Part shown: one piece after another, positions 30,555 to 43,211 of the stretch
Layout: each line of letters starts with the position of its first letter
Position numbering within the stretch: the first letter of the stretch is position 1
Assembly: GCA_050613775.1 (NCBI GenBank)
Contig: JBODTK010000015.1
Coordinates: forward strand, 992,001-1,056,000
DNA from: Neocallimastix sp. 'constans'
Lineage: Eukaryota
DNA: 64,000 nt
Direction: 5' to 3'
Notes under the pieces: model-generated
Database searches by the model: none
Seen by the model: the letters and a program-made list of their open reading frames with translations, nothing else
What the model was told of the DNA's origin: nothing
Translations under genes and position numbers: made by a program

Positions 30555-31504
30555 TTTTATACTGTATTAAATATCCTTTTTATTTAAATTATATTATTTA
30601 AACATATACTTGAAATATTAATACACATAAATTTTTATTTTGTTTTAAATATTAGAATGACAATAATAATCCTGTTGAAGTAAGCCCGCAACAACAAACG
30701 AATTATAATTCATTTTATAATTCGAGTGGTAATATAAAAAATAAAAAAGCTAATAATACATTATTAAAGAATATTACTACTAATAATTGTATTAAAAGAA
30801 ATTTGCCAATGAATCCACAGTCCTCCAATAATAAAAATAATATTTCAAATTTAAATATGTATGTCATTGAACAAAATAAAGGTCATAATGATCAATCTCA
30901 TTTACCTAGTCCACCATTAACTGGTTATGAAGACTCTAATGTTCATTTTGAATTTATTAATAATTCTAGTCCAAATGGTTCCATTTATATAAATGATTAT
31001 AAATTATATCCAAATAAAGGTTATCCCTATAATTATTCCCCTATATCTCCTGAGAAGGGTTCTTTTTCCCCATTAAAACCAAATGATCCAAATATGTATC
31101 CATATAATCCTACTCAATTTAATAATGATGATGGTAAAGCCATAGATAATAATATTATCGTAAATAACGTGAGAATTGTCTCTCAGGAGAGTCCTATAAA
31201 CAATGATATGGTAAATATGAATTTAATGAATACTAATTCCGTTCATAAAGAAGAGATATTTATGAATAATAGTGTCAATGTAATTAATGATGGAAGTATT
31301 ATTGATATTGGTGAAGATAAACAATCTTTAAATCAAAAGAATTATTGTTCAGATACAATTAATAAAAATAAACATGAGTATGACGATAATAATACTAATA
31401 GTAATACTTCCTTTATTAAGCCATTGAATAAAGTTTCAACTAATGAAGGAAATCAACAACCAAATAAAAAGAAATTCAGAGTTGATAATGAAATGAAGCT
31501 CTCC

Positions 31505-31541
<37 letters not shown>

Positions 31542-31703
31542 GTAATAATAATAATAATAATAGTATTGATAATAATAGCTTTAAAATGGTATATTCAAAA
31601 AAATATTCAATAGGAAAAACTTCTAAATTTAAGAATAATGTACCTGTTATTCAACAAATAAATAATTATTCTATAAATAATAAAATCAATGATGAAATGA
31701 TCA

Positions 31704-31775
<72 letters not shown>

Positions 31776-32994
31776 GTAATAATAAAAATGAAAATCATAA
31801 CTTCCATAATCAACCTTCCTATACTCTCCCTTACACTACCATAGCATCTACAATAATTGGATCACCAGTTCCAAATAATGCTTTAAAAGTTGTTGATCAT
31901 AATTCAGCTTTGATGACACCTGTTCCAATTCCTGGAGCTATTCCGAATAAGAAAGTTAATAATATTATTCTTAAATCAAATCTAGCTCCATTACCCGAGG
32001 AAGTAGGTAATGATAGCAATGGACCACAAAATCAAGGTTCTCATCAACCATTATCACAGCAATCTAATCATCAAAGAAAAATAATATCATCTCAACTCTA
32101 TCAAAACTCTATTTATGATGTCAATTCAATCAATATAAATAATATCAATAGAATGTATACTCCAAATAAAACTAAAAGTATACCAACAAATAATGGAAAA
32201 TCTATTGTACTTCCCCCTCCTTCTTCTATACCTAACCCTATCCAAACCACTGCTCTGCCAACTACTATCCCAGCTACAATGCCTACCTCTATGCCTACAT
32301 CTCTACCTACCTCTATACCAACTTCTATACCTACTTCCATACCTACTTCCATACCTACTTCTATACCTACTTCCATTCCTACCTCCATACCAACAACTTT
32401 ACCATCGTCTGTACCAGCTTCTATGCCTACTACCATAGCAACGTCCATACCAACCTCTATGCCTACTACACTACATACGACTATACCAACCTCAATGCCA
32501 ACGAGTATACCTACTACAATAGCATCCTCTATGCCTGGTACCATGCCTGTGTTTGTTCCAATGAATATTCCAATAAATATTAATACTAATAACAATATAC
32601 CAATTACTCTTTCTACTCCCTCTTCACCTCATTTAATCCCAATAAATCAACAATATTCCATGGTTCAACAAAAATCTATACAAAATAATAACTATTCCCT
32701 ACCAATACATTATTCAACACCATGCTATCCACAAGCCGCTCCTAATAATATAACTAATAATATACCAATTAATGGAAATTTATTGAAGCAATCATCAAAT
32801 AGTAATAGTCATGGCTATCCAATGAAATTACAAAATCCAGTAGCCAATTATCAAATTCCGAATGCAAATTCTAATGTAGAACCAAACCAAAATCAAAATA
32901 ATATAGTTATAAAGAGAAAGCATATCAATACAAAAAGAATTACAAGTGGTCAAGAGGTAAAAATACATAAACATATTATAAATAATTAATAATT

Positions 32995-33041
<47 letters not shown>

Positions 33042-34567
33042 AAATTATTAATGAATTATTTTTATTATTAAATTTACATAATTTTTTTTCATTAGATTAT
33101 ATCTGATGATGGTAGTATCACCTGGAAAATATTGAAACAATTAGGAAAGGGTGGTTGTGGTGAAGTATATCTAGCTCAATATGTTAGTGGTAAAAAACAA
33201 TCCTATAAGTATTGTGCTATTAAATTTATTAAAAATAAAAAAGTATTTTATGCTGAAACTAGTACTATGAAATATTTAATGGAGAATACAACATGTGGTA
33301 AAAATTATTGTATTTATTATAGATATATTATATATTTACTCTTTTTATTTTTATTTTTATTTTTTTTTTTTATTTTTAAAATAATTATTAATGAATATAA
33401 AAATTATTTTATTTTATTTTTTTTTTCATTTATTTATTTTAATAATAATTATAATAATGATTAGATTATACACCAAAAATTTACTCCTCATGTCCAAAAC
33501 AACGTTTTCTTTTAATGGAATATATTCAAGGAGAAAATTTAACACAAAAATTCGAATCCTGTGGTCATTATTTCTCATTAAAAACAGTGTTAATGGTTTT
33601 AATGGAATTAATGAGATTAACAAAAGAATTTTATACATCTACAGGATTAGGTAATAATTATTTAACTATATATAAATATAAATATAAATATTGTATTCAA
33701 TTTTCATTATTAAATTATAAAAAAAAAAAAAAATTTTTTTTTTTTCTTATAATATTTCTTAATTTAGTACACGTTGATATAAAACCATCGAACTTTATGG
33801 TTGATCTTAAGAATAAAATATATTTAATTGATTTTGGATATGCTACCTCACCGAATATTAAATTACCAGGCCAAACTGGAACACCATTATTTATGTCCCA
33901 AGCTATTCAATCACAAGGAACAATTTGTATGTTTAATTATTATTATTATTTTTTTTTTTAAATATTTAATATAAAGTTAATAAGGATAAAATTTTAATAT
34001 TTAATTATAAAAATAATTAAAACTAATATATAAATATGATGATCTTTTTTATAAAAAAAAAATGATATTTTTAAAAAAAAAAATAAAATAAAAAATTAAA
34101 AGGTCCATCATTCCAAGATGATATTGAATCAATAGGTTATGTTATGATGTATTTCTTGAAAGGTGGTAAGCTAGGATTACCATGGGGTTTATTTAAAACT
34201 CATAGTGAAATTGTTGCAGCCAAAACAGATTCAAATATTTACAACTTTTTCATAGAATTAAAGGGTTAATATTACATTAATTAATATATATATATACATA
34301 TATTAATAGTAATAATTTACAAAAATTTAAACATCTGACTAATTAAATTAAATAATATTAAATTATTATATAATAATAAAAGGAACTGAATATGAACCCA
34401 TATGTAATTTAATGTACAATTTCTTAGCTGTTTCAAGAAAGCGAGATATACCATTTGATGAAAAAGATTATGATAAATTATATGATTCAATTCTTAAAGT
34501 TTTTAATGACTGTGGATTTGTTAATGATCAATGTTACGATTGGAGTAACGTATCAAAAAAGATATAA
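28461..34567 (+). CDS. Divergent casein kinase 1 (CK1)-family Ser/Thr kinase, C-terminal kinase domain after a ~1340-aa N/Q/P-rich region; 9 exons, ~1634 aa
   Basis: Exons 28461-28473 (first exon uncertain), 28604-29259, 29412-30452, 30656-32956, 33096-33297, 33465-33650, 33768-33926, 34103-34264 and 34383-34567 stay in frame (4905 nt). Kinase motifs LGKGGCGEVY, CAIK, FSLKTVL, HVDIKPSNF, YLIDFG, TGTPLFMS, the CK1 signature SFQDDIESIGYVMMYFLKG..LPW, and terminal YDW. Confidence 0.88.
32250..32550 (+). repeat. Coding tetrapeptide repeat (PT[S/T][I/M/L])n
   Basis: About 20 imperfect 12-bp units (cctacttccata etc.) translate as PTSIPTSIPTSM... in exon 4 of the kinase gene. Confidence 0.9.
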
Positions 34568-35098
34568 TTAATTAAAAAAAAAAAAAAAACCCTCAATACC
34601 AAAACATAAAACAAATTTACAAATTATGAAACTATAATACTATTTTATCTTTTTTTTTTTTTTTTTTTTTTTTTCTTACTCTATTCTTACTCTATTCTTT
34701 CTTTAATTATATCATTTTTTTTATTAATGAATACCATAATTTAGATTGTATAATATTTATATATACATTTTTTTTATCAGAATTCTTTCTTTTTTTAAAA
34801 AAAATATAAATAATTTACTTTACTTCAAATATATAATTATGTATTATAAAAAAATACAATATTTATATTACATAAAAAAATATTAAAAAAAAAAAAATAA
34901 TATATATATATGTATTATATAATTTAAATTTTCTTTAAAAAAAAAAAATATTTAAAAAAAAAAAAATACAAAATTTACAAAATTTACAAAATTTATTATT
35001 AATATTAGTATTAGAATTTTTATTTAAACCTTTTTTTCTAAAAATTTATTTATTATTAAATTATTAAAAGAAATAAAATAATATTTATTTTATTTTAT

Positions 35099-35139
<41 letters not shown>

Positions 35140-35519
35140 TTTATTATCCCAAATTTAAAAAAAAATAATAATTTAATGTTATTATGTATATTTATCTATA
35201 TTTATATCAATTTTAGAAGTATTATGTGAATTTCTATTCTAAATCATATATATTATTTTATTTAAAAATTGTTTATATTTAAAATGTATTATTTTTGATA
35301 ATAGAATATGTGAATTATGCTTAATATAGGATATCATATTAATATAATTTAAAATAAATTTATAAAAAAGAAGAAAAAATATTCTCTTTTGGACTTTTCT
35401 ATTTATTTATTTATTTTTAGACTAGAAAAAGTATTAATTAAGACTCTTCAAAAATTATATTAAATTTGTTAATATTTATATATATTTTTCTTTGTAATGT
35501 AAACACTATTGTCAGAGGT

Positions 35520-35930
35520 ATGAATAATGTAGAATCAAGTACTGATTCTAATAGTAGTTATGAAGTGTGTAATATTAATAATACTAATTATCACAATAGC
35601 AAGAGCAAGAGTGTTGTAAATAATAGATATAATATTGAAAGTGAAAATAGGAATACTATTATAAGTGAATATGAAAAATAATATTGTTACTAATAATGTA
35701 ATGAATAGGTCAATTGGTGAAAATCGTGTTAATATTAGTAATTTTATGAATAATAAGGTTGTAAATATATATGTGACTTGGTACCAAGTATTTAATTTCC
35801 TTCTTGATAGAAGAGATGCAGACATTATTGAATTTAATTATGAAAAGGAATGGGATACTTTGTTTAAGAACCAAATCATTTCTGGTAATTATTCTAGAAC
35901 ACCATTCTTGGTGTGATCTGTGGCTCTCTT
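35520..35930 (+). mobile_element. Decayed 3' fragment of a non-LTR retrotransposon-like ORF
   Basis: VFNFLLDRR..KEWDTLFKNQIISGNYSRTPFLV*SVALL is homologous to VFNFLLGGR..REWEDLFKCQMKSGAYSDTPFLVVTTALL at 61900-62030; it contains stop codons. Confidence 0.7.
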
Positions 35931-36299
35931 AATAGAAATAATATCATTTTGTCAATTGTTATCAGTATGATACATAATCAAATAATAATTCATATAATGC
36001 TATTTATCTATTATTATTGATTAATAGGAAGAATTAAAATCTTTATTAGTCCTCAAAACTCTGAAGCAAGCCTCTATTAAAAGCAGATTGAACTTTTATT
36101 AGTGTTCTTTTTTAATTTGGTCCTATTAAAGATAGTAAAGAATTGAACTAAGGAAAAGGACAAAGGAAACTAGAATACAAGTTTTAAAATAGAAAGGCAC
36201 ATTCCTATTGATTAAAAATCTAAAAGGAAGAATTAATTGAATAATTTATTTTACTGTTTATCTTGGCAATAATTGGCTCTAAATCCAATGATTCATTGA

Positions 36300-36830
36300 A
36301 ATGTATTTCAAAATATTTGTATTGACTAGTGTTTGGTAGATGGTTCATGATAAGCTTAAATGTAGAATCTTCATAATGTCTTTAAAATATAAAGTTCTTT
36401 AGTTTAACAACAAGTTATACTATATATAGTTCCAATAATTAGTTTTTTTTTAAGGCGATGATTCGATGTTTTAAAATTTGTGAAATCTTATGCTAAAAGC
36501 AAATTGGTATTAGAAGATTACTCAACATAATGTCCTTGCTGGTGAAAAGTATAATGGCATACCTTGTTTTACACACTGGATACTTTTATTTCCTAAATTT
36601 GAAGAATTTAGGCAACAATTTATTCAATTTGTTGATGAAAATTTTATTAATTTTTCTCTAATTGTTTATGAGAAATATTTTAACATTCCTGATGACAAAG
36701 AGGAGGAAATTTGATGTTAATATTAATTTTAATGGACCATGATTTTTACACCTTAATCTATTTGTATACCATTACATTTATTGTTATCAAGAGTATCGAC
36801 GTTGAAACGATAAAGCAAAGAAGAGATTCT
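36300..36830 (+). mobile_element. Decayed LINE ORF2 C-terminal fragment with CCHC zinc-knuckle remnant
   Basis: 36531-36612 reads CPC/(frameshift)EKYNGIPCFTHWILLFPKFEEFR, a mutated C-x2-C..H-x4-C..R knuckle. KSIDVETIKQRRDS near 36787 resembles KSVNAEETVRQASRAS at 62109. The left boundary is approximate. Confidence 0.65.
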
Positions 36831-37491
36831 AATAATTGTTTTTAAATAATATCATTGTAATATCATTATTAATAATGAAAAAAAAAAAAAAAAAATTATT
36901 AATTATTTTTATAAATAAGTTGAAAATCTATTTTTTTTTTTTTTATATTACATACTACTTACAATATTATTATTTTTTATATTTAAAATAATAAAGTATG
37001 ATATTTTTATTTTTATTATAGTGGTAAAGTATGGTATAGAATACTATATATTTTATTCTAGAAATTAAGAATAAGGTTTATTTTTTTAATTTTAATTTTA
37101 TTTTTTTTTTTTTTTTTTTTTTAAAATTGATTATTGTTTAATTAAAAGAAATAAACATAAATAAACTTTATATTAAAAATTTATAATTAAATTTTTTTTT
37201 TTTTAATTTAAAAATTTATTTATATCATATTATTACATAAAATATATTTTTATGTAATTATTATTATTATAATAATAATTTTTTTTTTTTTTAATAATTA
37301 ATTTTTAAATAATAATAATTATTATCACTTTTCATTTTTCATTTTTTATTTCTTATTTTTTTATTTAAATAGAAATAAAGTTTTTTATTATTATAATTAT
37401 TATATATTAATTTTTATAGATACTATTTATATATATATATATATATATTTATTTATATGTTCTAAAATTAATATATTTCTAATTTTTTTTT

Positions 37492-37532
<41 letters not shown>

Positions 37533-37924
37533 TTAAACACTTTAAAATATAATTGACATTTTATACCATAATAATATTTAAAATTAAAAAATATTTTTAG
37601 GTAATATTTTATTTGGAAGAAGTATATTAATTTATATTAAGTAAAATTTGAAATTTTAAAATTAATTACAAAAAAAAAAAAAAAAAAATTAAAACTAATC
37701 AGTATTATAATTATTAATTATTATTATATTGTTCAAACACACATATATATAAAAATATTATATTCTATATTTTATGAATACAAATTTAAAATAATTTCAA
37801 AAATAATTTTTTACCAAAAAAACAGGAAAAAAAAAAAAGAAAGTAAATAAGAAATAATTCACGTATTTTTTTATTTCTTTTTTTTTATTTTATATAATTA
37901 ATATAAATAAAATAAATTTATAAA

Positions 37925-38250
37925 ATGAAAATTAGTATTGCACTTTTAGCTGCAGCTTTAACTTATAAAACAGTTTCAGCTGCTTCATGCTCTGCTGAAG
38001 CGTATGGATACAAGTGTTGTAAAGGATGTACAGTAGTTACTTCTGATGAAACAGGTATTTTTAAGAAATATATAAAATTAAATATTTTATAATTTAAAAT
38101 ATTAACTTATTAAAATATATAAAATTAAATAATATATATATATATTTTTTATTTAAATAAAAAGGTGATTGGGGTGTTGAAAATAATGAATGGTGTGGTA
38201 TTCCAAGTTCTTGTAGTGGTTCTTCAGCAGCCGCTTGTTGGTCTGCTCCA

Positions 38251-38298
<48 letters not shown>

Positions 38299-38363
38299 TA
38301 TATTATATTATATTATATTGTATATATATATATTTTTCTATATTCAAAGGATATAAATTCTAA

Positions 38364-38404
<41 letters not shown>

Positions 38405-40123
38405 TTTTATTTATTAATCTTATCAATAAAGATTATCCATGTTGTTCAAATAATGCTAATATTATTTATTCCGATGGACAAGGAGATTGGGGATATGAAA
38501 ATGATAATTGGTAATTTCATATATAATATTAATATCTTTTTTATTAAAAAAAAAAAAAAAAAAAAAAAAAAGGGAATATTATTTAAAAAAACAGTTATAT
38601 CTAAAATATATTAACTAAAATATTTATATATATACATATAAATGCATTATATATGTAAATATATTTTCTTTTTTTTTTTTAATTATTAATAAAAAAAATT
38701 ATAAAGGTGTGGAATTGTAAATTCTGGTGAAGTTGATACCTGTTGGTCTCTTCCAAGTTATCCATGTTGTTCTACTAGTACCAGTGTGGTTTATGAAGAT
38801 GAACTTGGTAAGTGGGGTATTGAAAATGATGATTGGTGTGGTATTAAGCCAACCTCAAATGCCAGTGGTAAGACAACAACCAAAAAAGGTACCACTCAAA
38901 AGGCTACTACTACAAAGTCTTCTTCAACTTCTTCTGATCCATACTACAATAAAGATAGAAAACAATCACCTTATCCAGAAGCAAAGGGTAACTGTGGTTC
39001 CTGGGCTCTTATTGATAATGTATGTTGTGCTTCCTATTGTGATAATGAAATCTCTACACAAGGTTGTGCCACCTGTGGTGGTCTTGAATCTGAACATTGT
39101 AAGGTTGTGGACAGTTTTGCCTGTAGATCTGGTGACCGTGGATACGATTTCTATGATATTCCCAACGAATTCCATTATTCACGTTCCACTCACTTTGGTT
39201 TAACTTTCGGTGGTGCATGTGGTTTTGGTTTATACCAAGTTTGTGGTTCTGATCACAACTACACAGGAGAATTTGCTACTATGTGTAGTGCTTTCTGTAA
39301 AGCCTATCCCACTTTATGTAAGGATCCAGAAGGTTATACCTATCGTGGTAACTTTGCTGCCCCACAAGGTAACTACTACACCCAATTCTGGGGTTCTTTA
39401 GAAGGAGATCAAGATAACTATTTATCCTGTGGTGAATGTTTTGAAGTTTATAAAACCAAACCCGATGGTTCAGACTATCAACCAGGAGAAGAAGGATATC
39501 AACCACCAGTTCTTCTTTCAGTCATTGATTCATGTCCATGTAATGCGAATGGTAAATGGTGTTGTGGTTCTGAATGGGATCAATGTCAAGAAATTGATTT
39601 CAAGTATGGTTGTCCAGTTCCAAAAGACAGTATTCACCTTGATCTTTCCGATATTGCTATGGCACGTCTTCAATCGGGTTCATCCAACGGTCATATGGAA
39701 GCTGGTGTCATTCCAAATAAGTACAGAAGAGTACCATGTCCCAGATTAGGTAACATGTACATCTGGCTTCGTGAAGATGCCGGTCCATACTGGTTTGCTT
39801 TCTCTGTGGTGAATAGTGCAGGTTTTGGTGCTATTGCTGTTCTTGAAGCCAAGAATGATGAAGGTAAATGGGTTAAGATGATACGTGATCCAAATTACAC
39901 CATGTCACGTCCACAAGAACGTTATGGTGTCTGGGTTACTCCACAAGATACCGGACCCTACAATCTTCCAATTGATATTCGTTTAACCGATGGTTCCGGA
40001 GTAACTATTGTAGCCGAAAAAGCCATTAAATCCTTTGATCCACCTGCCGATGCCATTAAAGGATATTATTACATTGATATTGGCACCAACTTCCCAGAAA
40101 TTCCAATACCAGATCCAGAATAA
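37925..40123 (+). CDS. swo1: Cellulosomal swollenin (expansin-like): signal peptide, 3 fungal dockerins (CBM10-like), T/K-rich linker, swollenin module; 4 exons, ~570 aa
   Basis: Exons 37925-38054, 38165-38251, 38432-38510 and 38707-40123 give 1713 nt in frame. Three C..Y(P/K)CC..D..G.WG.EN..WCGI units. Swollenin motifs: CGSWALIDNVCC, HYSRSTHFGLT.GGACGFGLY, RGNFAAP.G.YYTQFW, DNYLSCGEC, DSCPC, IDFKYGCP..DSIHLDLSDIAM, RPQERYG, YYIDIG. Confidence 0.96.
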
Positions 40124-40719
40124 GTTCCTTTTTTTGTTAAAAAAACAAAACAAAAAAAAAAGGAAAAAAAAATATAATAAAATAAAATAAAAGAATTAAA
40201 AAAAAAAAAAAAAAATTTTTTTTTTTTTTTATTGTTTTATTAATTATTTAAATAGTAATAAATAAGTAATAAATAAAAAAAATAAATTAATGAATAATGT
40301 ATATATATAAAAAAAAATATCGAATATATTTTTCGTATAAGCACAAAAAAAAAAAATATTTATAATAAATGAAAAAAAAATAATAATAATAATAATAAAA
40401 AAAAAAAAAAAAAAAAAAAAAAGAAAAACATTTAAATTTTTTTTTTCTTAAATTTATTTTATTTAATCATATAAAATATCAAAAATAATTATAACAATTA
40501 AAAAAAAAAAAAAAAAAAGTGGAAAAAAGAAAGAAAGAAAGCAAAAGTAAATAATGAAAAAGAAATAATAATAATAATAATAATAATAATTTTATTTTTT
40601 GAGTTATATTTATTATTTTATTTTTTTTTTTTTTTTTCATGAATGATTTTTTTTTCAAAAAATTTTTATTTTTTTGTTAATATATTAACGTAGTTTTGTG
40701 TTTAATTACATTCTACATT

Positions 40720-41030
40720 ATACTACATGATTTAATGTAAAATATTTTCTGGTGATTATTCTTGAGATGCCTAATGAATCATAATGGTCTGATGTTGATA
40801 AATTCCAAGAAATTAAGGGTACGTATTACGATAACTTCATATTTATAAGTTACTAGAAATTTATTCAAGCCTCAGCCTTGAATACCCTCATTTGAAGTTT
40901 AGATTTTAATTGGATCTTAAGATTAAGAGCAGGTTTATAAATATAATACCACATTTACTAACAAGAATAGTTCCGAACATAGAACCATATAGGTGAGAGT
41001 TTAGTGGACACCATACTCTCTATTTTAAAG
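40720..41030 (+). mobile_element. Decayed LINE-like ORF fragment (region preceding the zinc knuckle)
   Basis: Frameshifted coding-like stretch KGTYYDNF..LSLEYPHLK/DFNWILRLRAG; an LRxG motif typically precedes the CCHC knuckle in LINE ORF2. It lies just upstream of, and in the same orientation as, the 3' end at 41420-41613. Confidence 0.5.
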
Positions 41031-41189
41031 ATATTACAATCTTTTTGTTTTTATTATTTTAGATTTAACAGGTGATCCTGTTACTACACATAGTATACAT
41101 CACACCAAAATTTTTTTTAACTTTTGAACTTATTTTTATTCTTTATTGTATTAAATTTTCTATGATTAATTAAAAAAAATTTTTTTTTC

Positions 41190-41327
41190 TTTTTTATTAT
41201 TTTTTATTATTTTTTATTATTTTTTATTATTTTTTATTATTTTTTATTATTTTTTATTATTTTTTATTATTTTTTATTATTTTTTATTATTTTTTATTAT
41301 TTTTTATTATTTTTTATTATTTTTTAT
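41190..41327. repeat. Perfect 10-bp tandem repeat (ttttttatta)n, about 13 copies
   Basis: Directly visible. Confidence 0.95.
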
Positions 41328-41419
41328 TTTACTTAATCTTTTACATACATCATATTTTTATCTTTAAATTATATAATGTATTTTTTTTTTAAATAAATGT
41401 AATATATAAAAATATATTA

Positions 41420-41582
41420 ATCTATTTAATAAAGCAATCGAAGTGGATTCTCTTCCCGGTCTACAAAAAACTACTGAAAATGCAAATAAAACAGGCCAAC
41501 AGGGCCAATACCTCTAAAGGGAAGACCATGAATTGCTTTCAGACTGTCAATCAATTCAAACCCTAATCGGGGAATAAAAATT

Positions 41583-41613
<31 letters not shown>
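41420..41613 (+). mobile_element. 3' end of a LINE-like element with AATAAA and a (T)29 run
   Basis: acaggccaacagggc (41491) matches acaggccagcagggc (62138), and EDHELLS (41521) matches EDHNFVS (62166). AATAAA at 41573-41578, then cc and T run 41585-41613. Confidence 0.65.
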
Positions 41614-41627
<14 letters not shown>

Positions 41628-41989
41628 CAGAAACTCATATAATCTTGGAGGTGAGGTTCATTGCCTATTGATTTTTTTTTTTTGAATTTATTTATTCCCT
41701 TTAGTTTGAATATTACAAATTACTATTTAAAAATAAAATACACATATAATTAATAAATAAATAAATAAGTAAAGTTAAAATTCACAATAATTGAGGCTTT
41801 AAAAAAAATATTAAAATATTTATATTTAATAGCTTCAAATAATGTTAGACTATTATAGAAAAATGATTATAAATAACATGATATGTCATATTCTTATATG
41901 AAAAAGGTCTTTCGTAATATAAAAAAAAAAAAAAAACAGTGAAATAAATAAAACTCATAATAAGATATAAGTATCATATCTGATTTTAA

Positions 41990-42479
41990 GTGATATATTT
42001 ATCTGATTATGAGTCTCACTGACTCATTAATTTATTAACAATTTATTAAAATTCAGTATATTAAAATATTAAACCTTTATTTAATAATTAAGATTAAAGA
42101 AATATTATCAGTCAGATTAAAACGACTAAATCAAAAAATTCAACAATTACAAGTAGTTCTTCAAAATGTTCCTGTTGAAGTAGAACATCCAAAATATTTC
42201 AAAAAAAAAAAAAAAAAAAAAAAAAAAACAATTAATAAATTTCATATTCAAAACTTTATAATTACAAATGAAAACTTTCACAAATGATATTCAGACTTGA
42301 AATTATTCCTTGATTCTGAAATATTAAAGAATATTAAAGATATAAACAAAACACCAATTAAAAAAAAAAAAAAAAAAACATATAGCTTGATAGTACCATC
42401 AGGATTATAATATTGAATAGCCTCGATGAATATATATAAAAATTCTTTTTAAATAAATGAAACAAGGACATAATTAATG

Positions 42480-42515
<36 letters not shown>

Positions 42516-42760
42516 GTATTTTTCAGAAACGGACCCATCCGAAATGAAAAATAAAGAAATTAGAAATTTATAAAACGATGACTTTAAGCAGTATTTTAAA
42601 TCATCTTAACTTTTGTTATTTGCAGAATATAATCATGAGGCAAAAAAATTTCAAAATAAATCAGAATTGAATGAAGAAAACAAAAGTCTTATATTTTTTA
42701 AGGGAATTAAATAAAGTAGGAATTGCATATTCATTCACATTTCGATTATACTGAAAAGGT
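41990..42760 (+). mobile_element. Possible decayed 5' part (PBS plus gag-like) of a second copia-type element
   Basis: gattatgagtctca (42005-42018) matches 13/14 with the PBS of the element at 50240-54794. Downstream are broken coding-like segments such as DSTIRIIILNSLDEYI, comparable to ARIFILNSIVSDI in the gag of the main element. No LTR delimited. Confidence 0.45.
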
Positions 42761-43166
42761 ATTTTTAAGGAAGAAAATATAAAATTCACTTTAATTTAAA
42801 AATAAAATTATAAAATTAAATATAAAATATATTTCCTATAATTTTTTTTTTTTTTTTTTTTTTTTTTTGATTTACATATTTTTTATATCAATATTATTAA
42901 CTTAAAATAAAAAAATAATAATATATATATATATTTTATTACTATAATAAATAAACAATTTTTTTTTTCCAAAATTTTTATTTAAATCTCTCTATAGCAA
43001 AATTCACACTTATAAATATATATAATTAATAAAAAATTACTGGTCAATGAAGATGGATTATTTTAAAAGTTTTTAAAAAAAATTTTTTTTTTCTTATAAT
43101 CAAAACTTTCCTTATATACTTCATAGGACATTCATAGTTAATAAATTCTGTTAAGATATAATTTTT

Positions 43167-43211
<45 letters not shown>

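Noticed and set aside
31607..32595. ORFs 31607-31813(-), 32113-32595(-), 32193-32438(+)
   Set aside because: Shadows of the poly-Asn and PTSI repeats in the kinase gene.
38727..39749. Overlapping ORFs within the swollenin exon
   Set aside because: Alternate-frame products of a GC-richer exon; no independent support.
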